From: Breznakia sp. PF5-3
GTDB lineage: Bacteria; Bacillota_I; Bacilli_A; Erysipelotrichales; Erysipelotrichaceae
Assembly (NCBI RefSeq): GCF_029504745.1
Contig: NZ_JAQFIQ010000036.1
Span: 1 to 23,231, forward strand
Direction of reading: 5' to 3'
DNA length: 23,231 nt
The translations under genes were made by a program, and so were the position numbers. Shown in pieces: positions 7,052-16,500 of the stretch. Numbering within the stretch: the stretch's first letter is position 1; each line of letters begins with the position of its first letter. Under the pieces are notes generated by a model. That model was not told the DNA's origin, ran no database searches, and saw only the letters and a list, made by a program, of their open reading frames with translations.

Positions 7052-8365
7052 ATGAGTGGATTAAAAGCGGAAGAAATTCAAAAATTTATTGATGGTGATG
7101 ATACGGTATATCCTAAGATTTTTGCTGTGTATAAAAACAAAGTTAATTATATGGCCATCAAAATTCTTCGTAATGAAGCAGATTGTGAAGAAGTAGTGCA
7201 AAATACGTTTATTAAAGTATTCGAAAAAAGAAAAGATTTAAAAGATGCGAGTGCATTTAATACATGGATCTATCGAATTGCATACAATGCTAGTTTAGAT
7301 TTATACAGAAAGAATAAACGTAATTTAAGTAGTGATAATCATGATGTAGAAGAATTATCAGATTCTACAAGAGATACAAATTATGAAGTTAAAAAACATA
7401 CGATTTTGGAGTCTGTTCGTTTACAAATCGAAAGTTTACCAAAAGAGCTAAAAGAAATCTGTGATCTATGGTTTCTTTCTGGATGTAGCTTGGAAGAAAT
7501 TTCAGGTATTTTAAATGTGCCAAAAGGTACGGTTAAAAGCCGTTTACATCGTGCACGAAAACAACTACGTTCTGATTTGCAGAGGCAAGAGATAACCCCC
7601 AGGACGTTTTTAACGTTGTCGTTTCCAACCTTTGCATACCGGATATATGTTTCTATGATTGAAACACATAAGATTACAGCAGCATCAGGTGCTAGAATCA
7701 TGCGAAAGATTGAGGAAGCTACCAACGTCTCTGTAGATGCACTGGCATCTGCAATTGGAAATAATTCACTTGGAAGAGCAAGTATTGGAACTTTTGTATT
7801 ACTTTCATCTTTGCTACTTGGAGGTTTGGGAGCAGCAGGCGTGATGAATCCTACAGATACATCGGCAAAAAATATTACAGAAGTGATGTATCTAGATGAG
7901 ATAACGAATAAGAATTTACAAATTGGGATAATCTTTGATGGGACGATTAAGGCAAAGGATGTCAAAGTAACTCTTAATGGCAAGAAGATAAAGCTTGATG
8001 TTGTTGACAAAGATCGGTGTACTTTTATAGCTAGTGAAAATGGGCAGTATGTAATTAAATATAAGAATTCCAATGAAGAAATTGAAATAAAGAATATTGA
8101 TAAATCAGCACCTGTTTTATTAGGGATATCGGCAGATGATGGATTAATTAGTTTAAGTGCAGAAGATAATCATTCAGGGATTGACTTTGAAAAATCTTAT
8201 GTAGAAGCAGGCGATAAAAAAATATCATTAGTAAAGATTGATGAGAAGAATTTCTATTTAAGTGATGCATTAGAAAAAGATGCGACAGTGAGGTTTTATG
8301 ATATTGCAGGGAATTATGAAACTTACAAAATAAATGTTGAAAAAAAGATTAGTAGTACAGAATAG
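7052..8365 (+). CDS. ECF (group 4) sigma-70 factor fused to a TM helix and an extracytoplasmic Ig-like domain (single-chain sigma/anti-sigma-like sensor)
   Basis: GGAGGG at 7040-7045 sits 6 nt before the ATG at 7052; the track start at 6980 is a TTG with no SD. Region 2: EEVVQNTFIKVFEK...FNTWIYRIAYNASLDLYRKNKR. Region 4.2: LPKELKEICDLWFLSGCSLEEISGILNVPKGTVKSRLHRARKQLR. TM helix IGTFVLLSSLLLGGLGAAGVM (7784-7846). The C-terminal ~170 aa is beta-rich and ends with a RFYDIAGNYETYKINV motif typical of bacterial Ig-like domains. Confidence 0.85.
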   Translation: MSGLKAEEIQKFIDGDDTVYPKIFAVYKNKVNYMAIKILRNEADCEEVVQNTFIKVFEKRKDLKDASAFNTWIYRIAYNASLDLYRKNKRNLSSDNHDVEELSDSTRDTNYEVKKHTILESVRLQIESLPKELKEICDLWFLSGCSLEEISGILNVPKGTVKSRLHRARKQLRSDLQRQEITPRTFLTLSFPTFAYRIYVSMIETHKITAASGARIMRKIEEATNVSVDALASAIGNNSLGRASIGTFVLLSSLLLGGLGAAGVMNPTDTSAKNITEVMYLDEITNKNLQIGIIFDGTIKAKDVKVTLNGKKIKLDVVDKDRCTFIASENGQYVIKYKNSNEEIEIKNIDKSAPVLLGISADDGLISLSAEDNHSGIDFEKSYVEAGDKKISLVKIDEKNFYLSDALEKDATVRFYDIAGNYETYKINVEKKISSTE

Positions 8366-8416
8366 CAATATAAAAATTTATAATATATACAAAATGAGGG
8401 CGGCAAAAAATTTATA

Positions 8417-8458
8417 AAAAAGGATTTTCGCTTTTGATGATGATCCTTTTTATTTTTG
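8417..8458 (+). terminator. Rho-independent terminator after the sigma gene
   Basis: AAAAAGGAT (8417-8425) pairs with ATCCTTTTT (8443-8451), followed by ATTTTTGG. The loop is rather long at 17 nt. Confidence 0.5.
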
Positions 8459-8566
8459 GAATTATATTACCTTTCTAGTCTTAAACGCTTTATTTATGCA
8501 GTAATATTGAGTTTTTATGAAAGTATAAATAGGTGGAAAATAATAAGATAAGACGAATTTATTTTT

Positions 8567-8595
8567 TTGAGAACTTTTCATAAAATGCGGTCGTC
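8567..8595 (+). promoter_or_regulatory. ECF-sigma-type promoter of the cohesin-dockerin operon (second copy of TTGAGAACTTTTC-N-CGTC)
   Basis: GAAC at 8571-8574, a 17-nt gap, CGTC at 8592-8595. The 13-mer at 8567-8579 is identical to 418-430. It lies downstream of the sigma-gene terminator and 26 nt upstream of the ATG at 8621. Confidence 0.6.
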
Positions 8596-8620
8596 CCTAA
8601 AATAGAGAGGAGAATTGGAT

Positions 8621-11600
8621 ATGAAAAAAGTTATATCTAGCTTACGTAAATTTGGTTTAGGTTCTTTAGCTTTTTGCATGGCACTTGGAATGGCATTAAC
8701 GAATATTAATGCAATTGATAGTAGTTCTGAGATAAGTGTAAAAAATGAAATTACTTATAACGATGATAAAGCGCAAGCGACAATTCATTTAGATGTGGCA
8801 CAAGAAAACGAAAATGTTGAAGTGAGTAAAGTGTTAGATCCAAATGAAAATGAAATGAGTCTTGATGACTTAAACTATGTAGTCGATAACAACGCTACTT
8901 ATACATTTAAAGTAGAGTATCGTATGGAGGATAGTCAAGACCTTCAGACATATGACTATGAAGTTATTGTAAATGACATTATAGACGCAACAAGCAAGGG
9001 CGAGATATCAAGAGGGGCGCTAAGAAGTGATATTAGCACAAGAGCTAATATTCTTGGAGACAATGAGTATATTGTGTATACTCTTGATGAATTAAAAACA
9101 TATGCTGAAATACCAAATGCAACAGTTTATTTTGGAGCGGATATTATTTGGGCATCTGGTACATCTTCAGATAAGAGTATTTCTATTGCAGAAGGTGTAA
9201 CGATTAATGGAACTGATCCTAGAACAGGTATTCGTCATAAATATAGATACGATACAGGTAGTTCAAAATGGGAAGGTTTCCAACTTCGTCAAGATGATAG
9301 AAAAGTAACATTCAGTGATATTGATATTGAGGGAACTGGAGGATATGGTGTAGCAAATGGACATGATTATCGAAGAGTAGTAGTAACATTCCATAATGTG
9401 AATTTCAAAGGTTCAAATGCTCAAGGATTCTATGCTCCAAAAGGTGGAAAACTGATTATGTCAGGAGATACTACTTGGACACAAAAAGGAACAAATCCAT
9501 ATTCAGAAGAGTTTGCAGAAATTACAAACTTAGAATTTGCAGAAGGTGCAAATGTGACAATTGATCATGAATCAAGATTAGGAAAGAGTTACAATTCATT
9601 CTTCTATGCTTCTTACAATGATGATAAATATAAACATATTGACATTACAGTAGGAAAGAACGCAAAGGCAACAATCAAATCAAACAAAGGAATTTTTGCT
9701 GCAAATGCAAATGGTGGAACACACTCAATTACAGTAAATGAAGGTGCAAATTTTACGATTGATCAAACAAACAATACAGACAATGAATGTCAGTTAGCAA
9801 AACCTGGTAACAATTCACCAATTTACATTAGAGTAAAAGATGAAGGTACATTCAATTTCTATTCCAACACAAAAGCAGGGTATGGAATGTTGAATACACA
9901 ACAAGAAAGTGCAATCAATGTTGATGCAGGTGGATCAATCCGTGTTATTAACTATGGTAAAGGTGGAGCTGTCGGTGCAAACAGTACAGCAACATATATC
10001 AACCTTGATACACCTAAATATGCAGAATTTACAAGTCAATCAACATTTCCATTAGAAATGATGACAAGGGGTGGCGGAAATGTAACAGCAAGCAATGCTG
10101 TTGTATTAGCTAGTGCAGATAACAAAGCATACTATAACCTAGGTTATGTACATAACATTGCAATGAACCATAAAAGTAGTAGTAACACTTTAGTTGGTGT
10201 TAATCCTACAACTTGGACTGGTGCATATACATATACAGCAATGCAAAATGGACTTAAGAGTTTAGTGTTTAGAGGGGTTTCGATTGAAATTCAAGAACCT
10301 GTAAAAGATACTGATTCAATTGTGAATGTGAAAACAGAACCAAATGCGAAAGTAACAATTACAGGGACATATGAAGATGGAACACCTTGTGAATTAACAA
10401 AAGTAGCAGATGAAAACGGGGATGTTCAATTTGATTTAGGAGATAAAACACTAAAAGGTGGATCTGAATTATCTTCTAAAGCAACTGTAAATAACGATAT
10501 TGAACTTATTGGAAATACAGTAATTGTAGAAAAAACTCCAATTGAAGAAAAAGTAACGCTTACTGCAGAAGATGCATTCCTTCACCGTGATGATGCGAAA
10601 GCATTAGCTAATGTTGATGGATTAGCATACTACAACAAAGCAAAAGCAGTATTATGGAATAACACAGAAGATACACCTAGTGCATCATGTGCAGACTACG
10701 ACAAGATTAAAGCAGGTGTAATCGGTGTTTACGATGTGACATATTCTTATACGTTACATGAAGAAACAATTACAACAACAGCTAAAATTATTGTTCACAA
10801 TGGAGTACCAACACCAGATGGTGAATATGTATTGACAGCTTCAGATGGATTGATTTCTGAGAGTGAAGCGAAAGCTTTATCTGGAAAAGAGTATAGTTCA
10901 CTTCGTTCATACAACAAAGCTACAGCTTTCAATAAGAAAGGTGAGCAATTTGAGGTAAGTACATTTGTACAACCAGGAGACTGGATGAGTATTACAGATG
11001 GAAAAGTTGGATCTTATAGAGTTTTCTACTCATTTGGTGAAGGCGATAACTTAGTTCAAAAAATAGTTAAGATAACAGTATATGAAGATGGTGGTATCTT
11101 ATCACCAGATGAAGATTTTGTTCTTCATGCATTTGATGCTTGTATCTTAAAAAGTGAAGCAGAAGGATTAAATGTAAAAGAAGATTTAATTCCATATAAC
11201 CGAGGAAAAGTAACATTGGCAAGTGGAGATATTTTAGCGCCTAATGTGAAAGCAGATGATTTCGCAACGATTAAAAGTGGAACACTTGGAAACTATGATG
11301 TGACTTATAGTTATGGAAGTGAAAATAATGCAGTTAGCAAAGACGTAATCGTTAGTGTTAAGAAGAATGGTGGAATTGTTTCACCAGAAAGAGATTTTGT
11401 TCTTTATGCGGAAGATGGAGAAATCTTACAAACCGAAGCAGAAGGTATGGAATCAGAAACAGACGTATTAGATATAGTGAATGGATATGTTGAATTTGTA
11501 GATGGAACTACAGTAGCACCAGATATTTCAGTGGAAGACTTCGATAAAGTACAAGCTGGAAAAGATGGTGATTATAAAGTTACTGTTAGCTACGATGGTG

Positions 11601-11881
11601 TTGAAAAAGAAGTAGAATTGACACTAATTCAAGAATATGAAGCAAGGTATTTATTTGATTATAATAATGATGGAAAAGTAAATAGTGTAGATTATGTATA
11701 TTTCAATGATTTATTTAATAATCCAGATACTGTAACAGAACAAGATTTATTACTTTCTGATGCAAATGGAGATGGATATATAGATATGGTTGATTTAGGT
11801 ATGGTTCACTATTATTTAAACAATCCACAAGCAAAATTAAAAGAAATTAGAATACCAATTGATTTACTTAAAAAGAAATAA
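8621..11881 (+). CDS. Secreted dockerin-bearing adhesin-like protein: N-terminal Ig-like region, beta-helix-like central region, 4 Ig-like repeats, C-terminal type-I dockerin
   Basis: GAGAGGAG at 8604-8611 favours the ATG at 8621; the track start at 8615 is a TTG only 3 nt after the SD. Signal peptide ...GMALTNINA. Recurrent beta-helix-like rungs: EGANVTIDHES, GKNAKATIKSNKG, NEGANFTIDQTNN, DEGTFNFYSN, DAGGSIRVINYG. Repeats and dockerin are listed as separate features. Confidence 0.85.
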   Translation: MKKVISSLRKFGLGSLAFCMALGMALTNINAIDSSSEISVKNEITYNDDKAQATIHLDVAQENENVEVSKVLDPNENEMSLDDLNYVVDNNATYTFKVEYRMEDSQDLQTYDYEVIVNDIIDATSKGEISRGALRSDISTRANILGDNEYIVYTLDELKTYAEIPNATVYFGADIIWASGTSSDKSISIAEGVTINGTDPRTGIRHKYRYDTGSSKWEGFQLRQDDRKVTFSDIDIEGTGGYGVANGHDYRRVVVTFHNVNFKGSNAQGFYAPKGGKLIMSGDTTWTQKGTNPYSEEFAEITNLEFAEGANVTIDHESRLGKSYNSFFYASYNDDKYKHIDITVGKNAKATIKSNKGIFAANANGGTHSITVNEGANFTIDQTNNTDNECQLAKPGNNSPIYIRVKDEGTFNFYSNTKAGYGMLNTQQESAINVDAGGSIRVINYGKGGAVGANSTATYINLDTPKYAEFTSQSTFPLEMMTRGGGNVTASNAVVLASADNKAYYNLGYVHNIAMNHKSSSNTLVGVNPTTWTGAYTYTAMQNGLKSLVFRGVSIEIQEPVKDTDSIVNVKTEPNAKVTITGTYEDGTPCELTKVADENGDVQFDLGDKTLKGGSELSSKATVNNDIELIGNTVIVEKTPIEEKVTLTAEDAFLHRDDAKALANVDGLAYYNKAKAVLWNNTEDTPSASCADYDKIKAGVIGVYDVTYSYTLHEETITTTAKIIVHNGVPTPDGEYVLTASDGLISESEAKALSGKEYSSLRSYNKATAFNKKGEQFEVSTFVQPGDWMSITDGKVGSYRVFYSFGEGDNLVQKIVKITVYEDGGILSPDEDFVLHAFDACILKSEAEGLNVKEDLIPYNRGKVTLASGDILAPNVKADDFATIKSGTLGNYDVTYSYGSENNAVSKDVIVSVKKNGGIVSPERDFVLYAEDGEILQTEAEGMESETDVLDIVNGYVEFVDGTTVAPDISVEDFDKVQAGKDGDYKVTVSYDGVEKEVELTLIQEYEARYLFDYNNDGKVNSVDYVYFNDLFNNPDTVTEQDLLLSDANGDGYIDMVDLGMVHYYLNNPQAKLKEIRIPIDLLKKK
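10553..11644 (+). repeat. Four tandem ~91-aa Ig-like protein repeats (coding, diverged at DNA level)
   Basis: Each unit runs [LV]xAxDxxIxxxxAKAL...YN.A.V...G......V...D[FW]..I..G..G.Y.VTYSYG.....K.V.[IV].V. The signatures are GVIGVYDVTYSY, GKVGSYRVFYSF, GTLGNYDVTYSY and GKDGDYKVTVSY. Confidence 0.8.
11651..11824 (+). other. Type-I dockerin module (two Ca-binding loop/helix segments)
   Basis: LFDYNNDGKVNSVDYVYFNDLF ... LLSDANGDGYIDMVDLGMVHYYLNN. Both halves fit the DxNxDGxhxxxD dockerin/EF-hand-like loop followed by a helix. Confidence 0.8.
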
Positions 11882-11924
11882 TGAAGAAAGGAGATTGTTT
11901 ATTTTATAAATAAACAAACACGAT

Positions 11925-13451
11925 ATGAAATTAAAATTTATTAAAAAAGGATTTAAGAAAATCGCTGCTCTAGGGTTAGTGATGGCTGTGTTGATTCCTA
12001 TTGTTGGGAATGTTACTTCTTCAATAACAGCAGCTCAAACACCTTCATTTGACGTAGAGCCTACGATTACAATTACAAGAAATGATGGTGGTGGACTATA
12101 TTATGGAACACACGAACAAGAAGAAAGTTATGTAGATAATGGAAAACAATATTACCGTGATGGAGATATTATTCAAGTAGAAGTATCTTTACCGCAAGGA
12201 CATGGGTCATCAGCAGTATTTAATGTTGTGAAATATGATAATGAAAAATTACAATTATTATCAACAATGGATCATATTAAATATTCAATGGCTTCAAATT
12301 ATATGAATGCAGGATGGGATCCAGCAGTTGGATACTATGAAGGAGAGACAAACCAAATCTCAACAATATCAACAGGACCTGCAAATGAATTTGAAGGTGG
12401 AAATATTGCTGTAATGTATTTTAAAGTTAAACCTGGAGTTGAAAGTACAAAAGGAACAGATATTACATTCGAATTTCCAAACTTTAATAGTGCAACAAGA
12501 ATTGAAGGGGAAAGAATGCCTGTTAATAACCATAAAGGTTTTATAGCAGGAGATGAATCAACATATGAATATCACCCTGAATCAATTACAATTCAAGCGA
12601 AAACACCTTCTGCTCCTGAACCAGCAGTAAAACCTACATTGGAATTAACTGCTAATACAGTAACAGTTTATGAAGGAGATATTGTAAACCCTAAAGATTA
12701 CATAAAAAAAGCAAGCTGTACAAGTGATGCAAATGTTAATAAAGATAGTGTTGTAATTACTGGTGGAACTGATGAAACAGGAAAACATCAACCTGTAGCA
12801 GGAAACTATGAATTTACATATAAAGTAACAAATGCATCAAATGAAACAACAGAAAAAACATTGAAATTAAATGTTTTAGAAAGAACATACACTGTAAAAT
12901 CAGTAGAAACAGCTGGTCAAGGATTGAATATTCCTGCTGGAACAACAGATGCTGAATTCGAAGAAATTCTTGAAGGTCTTTTAGGTAAAGAATTTGTTGT
13001 TAATGTAGAAGGAAATGATGGATCTAAGTTTAAAGTTAAAGGAACTGTTTTCGGTGGAGAAACTGATGAATACGAAATTGATGGAAATGATGTTTTAACA
13101 ACACAAACATTTAATATGAAATTAGATTTATTATTGCCAGCAGTAGTATATAACGAAAATGGTGAAAGAGAAATCGTTTCATTACTTGGAAGAGCTGGTT
13201 TTGCTAGTTTAATCGATGATGGAACAGCAGAAGCAGTAATTAAAATTAGAGTTGGTGCAGGTTCAACAACACCAGGAAATGATTCTACAGGATCAAATAA
13301 TGGATCTACAGGTCATGCATCAATTGCTGCAGGTAATTCTGGAGCAGGAACAGATACAGGAGATACTACAAACACAGCAGGATTTATGACATTATTGGCA
13401 TTATCTGGACTTGTATTGGTAGGAACTAAATTAAGAAAAACATATCGCTAA
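11925..13451 (+). CDS. Cell-surface anchoring cohesin protein: signal peptide, cohesin-like module, Ig-like domain(s), Ser/Thr/Gly-rich linker, C-terminal sorting-signal-like tail
   Basis: Signal peptide ...NVTSSITAAQ. Cohesin-like module at 12039-12599. Ig-like domain ending AGNYEFTYKVTNASNETTEKTLKLNV. C-terminus GTDTGDTTNTAGFMTLLALSGLVLVGTKLRKTYR, i.e. xxDTGD, a hydrophobic stretch and a basic tail. No good SD before the ATG at 11925. Confidence 0.8.
   Translation: MKLKFIKKGFKKIAALGLVMAVLIPIVGNVTSSITAAQTPSFDVEPTITITRNDGGGLYYGTHEQEESYVDNGKQYYRDGDIIQVEVSLPQGHGSSAVFNVVKYDNEKLQLLSTMDHIKYSMASNYMNAGWDPAVGYYEGETNQISTISTGPANEFEGGNIAVMYFKVKPGVESTKGTDITFEFPNFNSATRIEGERMPVNNHKGFIAGDESTYEYHPESITIQAKTPSAPEPAVKPTLELTANTVTVYEGDIVNPKDYIKKASCTSDANVNKDSVVITGGTDETGKHQPVAGNYEFTYKVTNASNETTEKTLKLNVLERTYTVKSVETAGQGLNIPAGTTDAEFEEILEGLLGKEFVVNVEGNDGSKFKVKGTVFGGETDEYEIDGNDVLTTQTFNMKLDLLLPAVVYNENGEREIVSLLGRAGFASLIDDGTAEAVIKIRVGAGSTTPGNDSTGSNNGSTGHASIAAGNSGAGTDTGDTTNTAGFMTLLALSGLVLVGTKLRKTYR
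12039..12599 (+). other. Cohesin-like module A
   Basis: GDIIQVEVSLPQGHGSSAVFNVVKYDNEKLQLLS and GGNIAVMYFKVKPGVESTKGTDITFEFP match the cohesin pattern (GDxVxVxVxL ... F.h.YDp..Lehhs ... G.hA.h.FKV...G...I.F). Paralogous to modules B and C. Confidence 0.65.
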
Positions 13452-13486
13452 TTTATAGCAGAAAGAAAAGCATTTGAAAGTGGTGA

Positions 13487-13513
13487 GAAAAGGAAGTCTG
13501 GACACTCCTTTTC
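13487..13513 (+). other. Intercistronic stem-loop (GAAAAGGA / TCCTTTTC), possibly a partial terminator or mRNA-processing/stability element
   Basis: A perfect 8-bp stem (13487-13494 with 13506-13513) and an 11-nt loop, followed by CATTGCTTTTCG, which is only a weak U-tract. Located between the stop at 13451 and the ATG at 13539. Confidence 0.35.
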
Positions 13514-13538
13514 CATTGCTTTTCGAGAAAGGACATTT

Positions 13539-16500
13539 ATGAAAAAGATTATCATGAAAAGTCTTGTTCTTCTGCTAGCAATTACAACTATATTACCAAT
13601 GAGTGGTATTACGGTTGCAGCAGCGGAAGGAATAAAGACAGATATTACCATTACACGTAATAACGGAAATGGTGCTTATGGGGAACATACGCATCCATCA
13701 TACGTTGAAGATGGTGTTCAATATTATCGTGAAGGCGATATTATTGAATTGGATATTGCATTGCCTGCAAATCATGGGGCATCAGAACTTTGGAACGTAG
13801 TAAAGTATGATCCAACACAAGTAGCAGTTGTATCAACAAAGCTAAATGTTCAAAGTACGCTTGGTGATAATTATCGGGCAAAGGGTTATGAAGCTAATAC
13901 AAATTTAGCTTATCAAGGAACACAGGGATTAATATCAACTACGATTGTGCGTACATTCTATGGAAATGATGCACCTGATTTTGATACAGCTGGAGGAACA
14001 ACAGCTAAAATTTATTTTAGAGTTCTTAATGATGTGGAAACAGTAGAAGGAACAGAAATTACATTTGAATTTCCAATTTTCCAAGCAATCAGTAGAACTA
14101 GTATTACCGATTATGAATTTATACACGAAGGATTTGATGCGAATCGTTATGCGGAAACAAGAACTGTAAGTTTAGAATCACAAACGATTATTGCGAAAAA
14201 ACCAACGGTTGATTTTATTGCAGAGGATGGATTCATTACACGTAGTCAAGCACAAGCAATTGGTGAAAGTGCAGATTTAAAACCTTATAACTTTGTTAGT
14301 GCTACAGCAAGTGATGGACAAGAAGTGGCAGTAAAAGCAACAACAAGTAGTTTAGATACAATTAAGGCAGGAACATTGGGAACATATGATGTTACTTATT
14401 CATATACATTTGAAGGAACACCAATGTCAAAAACAGTAAAACTTACAGTTGTTGAAAACGACGTAGTTATTTCTGAAGATAGAACGGTAGCTTTAAGAGC
14501 GGATAGTGTTATCTTGACACAAACACAAGCAAAAGCCTTATCTGCAAAAGAAGCATTGCTTCCATTAAATAATGTATTTGTATACTTATCAAATGGAACA
14601 ACAGCAACAGCAAATGTTGATGTACCAGAGTTTGATAAGATCAAAGCAGGTACAATTGGTACATATAATGCAACATATTCTTATGGAATAGATAAAAGTT
14701 TTGCATCAAAAACAGTAAATGTAGTTGTTGTAAAAGATGGATCTGACATAAGCGATAATAAAAAAGTTTCCTTATATGCAAAAGATGGTTTTATTAGAGA
14801 GTCACAAGCAAGAGCATTGTCACTACGTTCAGCCGTAGCACCATATAACAGTGCTGTAGTAACATTAGCGGATGGATCAACTACAACTCCAACAACAGAA
14901 ATTGAAGCAAATGCTTGGAATAAGATGAGAGCTGGAACATTAGGAACATACAATGTATATTATCACCATGGAACAGGTGATAGTGAAGTTGAAATGAATG
15001 TGAAAGCTACGGTTATTTCAGATGATGCAGTTGTTTCAAAAGATGAAACAGTTAGTTTAGTAGCGGATGATGTTGATATGTATCAAGAAGATGCAAAAGC
15101 GCTTGGTAAAGTGGATGATTTAATTGATTACGCAAATGCTGAAGTAACACTATCAGATGGTACAAAAGTAGCACCTAGTGTAGAAACAGATGATTTTGAT
15201 AGTATCAAAGCTGGAATCATTGGTGAATATGAAGTTACATTTAAATATGGTGAAGGTGATAGTGCTGTTGAAAAGACAGTAACAATTACAATAAAAGAAG
15301 ATTTAAGACATTTAATCTCAGCTACAGATAACTTTATTACTCAAAGTAAAGCACAAGAATTAACTTCAAAAGAAAGTTTACGTGCAGTGAATTCAGTTAG
15401 TGTAACAGACTATAATGGTGTTGACCAAGATGCAGTTGTAACAACAAGTGACTTTAATACAATTAAAGCAGGAACTTTGGGAAGCTACATAATTACTTAT
15501 AGTTATGGTACAGGAACAAAAGAAGTTTCAGTTACTGCAAAAGTAAATGTTATTCCTGATGATTCTATTGTTGATGGTGATGTAAGTTTATATGCAAGAG
15601 ATAAAGCGATTACAGTAACACAAGCAAAAGCATTGAATACGAAAGAAGACCTAATTCCATATAATGAAGCATCTGTAAGATTGCTTGATGGAACTACACC
15701 AGCACCAAGTGTTGCAGTTTCTGTAGGCGATTGGTCATTGATAAACAGTGGTAAAGAAGGTTCTTATAATGTTACTTATAGTTATGGAACGGTTTCAAAG
15801 ACAGTAAAGATTACAGTTGTAAAAGATGGCTCTGAAGAGTCTGAAGACAAAACAGCAACATTATATGCGAAAAATGCTTTTATAACCGTATCAGATGCAA
15901 AAAAAGTTAGCAATAAGACGCAATTGATTCCATACAACAAAGCAGAAGTAGTATTGGCGAGTGGTGATAAAAAAGTGCCAGATGTGACGATATCAAATGA
16001 TGATTTATTAGCAATTAGTGCAGGAACAATTGGTGGCTATAACGTACTTTATTCATACGGTAGTGGAAAACAACAAGTACAAAAAATGGTAAAAATAGTT
16101 GTAATTGCAGATGATCCGATAATTTCAGAAGATGAAAGTGTTGCGTTGAGTGCAAATGATGAAGAAATTGATGATGCAGCTGCTAAGAAATTAACAAGTA
16201 GAAACGAATTGATTGATATTAGTAATGCAGTGGTTACTTTCGATGATGGAACAACACAAGCACCTACATTAGCGGTTGCTGATGAAGATTGGGATGCAAT
16301 ACGTTCAGGGAAATTAGGTACATATTCATTAACATATTCTTATGGTACATTAGGAAATAAAGATTATGTTACAAAAACAGTAAGTTTGACAGTAGTGAAA
16401 CTTACAGAAGACCGTACTTTATTTGATTACAACAGAGATAATATAATTAATAGTGTGGATTACATGTATTTCCATGAGTTATTCAATAATCCTCAATTTG

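Noticed and set aside
7381-8073. 230-aa ORF on the minus strand, the longest antisense ORF in the track
   Set aside because: It lies entirely inside the plus-strand sigma gene, whose translation carries unmistakable sigma-70 region 2/4 motifs and a TM helix. The antisense product is low-complexity (Ser/Phe/Ile/Leu-rich), and I could find no SD or recognisable motif. It is a typical shadow ORF in AT-rich coding DNA.
8615-8620. Track start codons further upstream than my calls (TTG 8615, TTG 6980, TTG 5946, ATG 3868, ATG 21270)
   Set aside because: In each case a better SD-to-ATG geometry exists downstream, at 8621, 7052, 5973, 3880 and 21318 (or 21342). The upstream starts are non-ATG or sit on or within 3 nt of the SD, or they create long overlaps with the preceding gene. 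The exact starts remain unverified.
11881-11913. 10-codon mini-ORF (ATGAAGAAAGGAGATTGTTTATTTTATAAATAA) overlapping the stop of the dockerin-protein gene and containing the only good SD-like sequence before 11925
   Set aside because: It may simply be intergenic sequence. The AAGGAG is 33 nt from the ATG at 11925, and I cannot show that the mini-ORF is translated or functional. I note it only because the 11925 gene lacks a nearby SD.
14208-16400. Periodic ~273-nt repeat structure considered as a CRISPR array, tandem DNA repeat or recombination cassette
   Set aside because: The repeats are in-frame protein-domain repeats that have diverged substantially at the nucleotide level. There are no short identical direct repeats with unique spacers, and no cas genes in the window.
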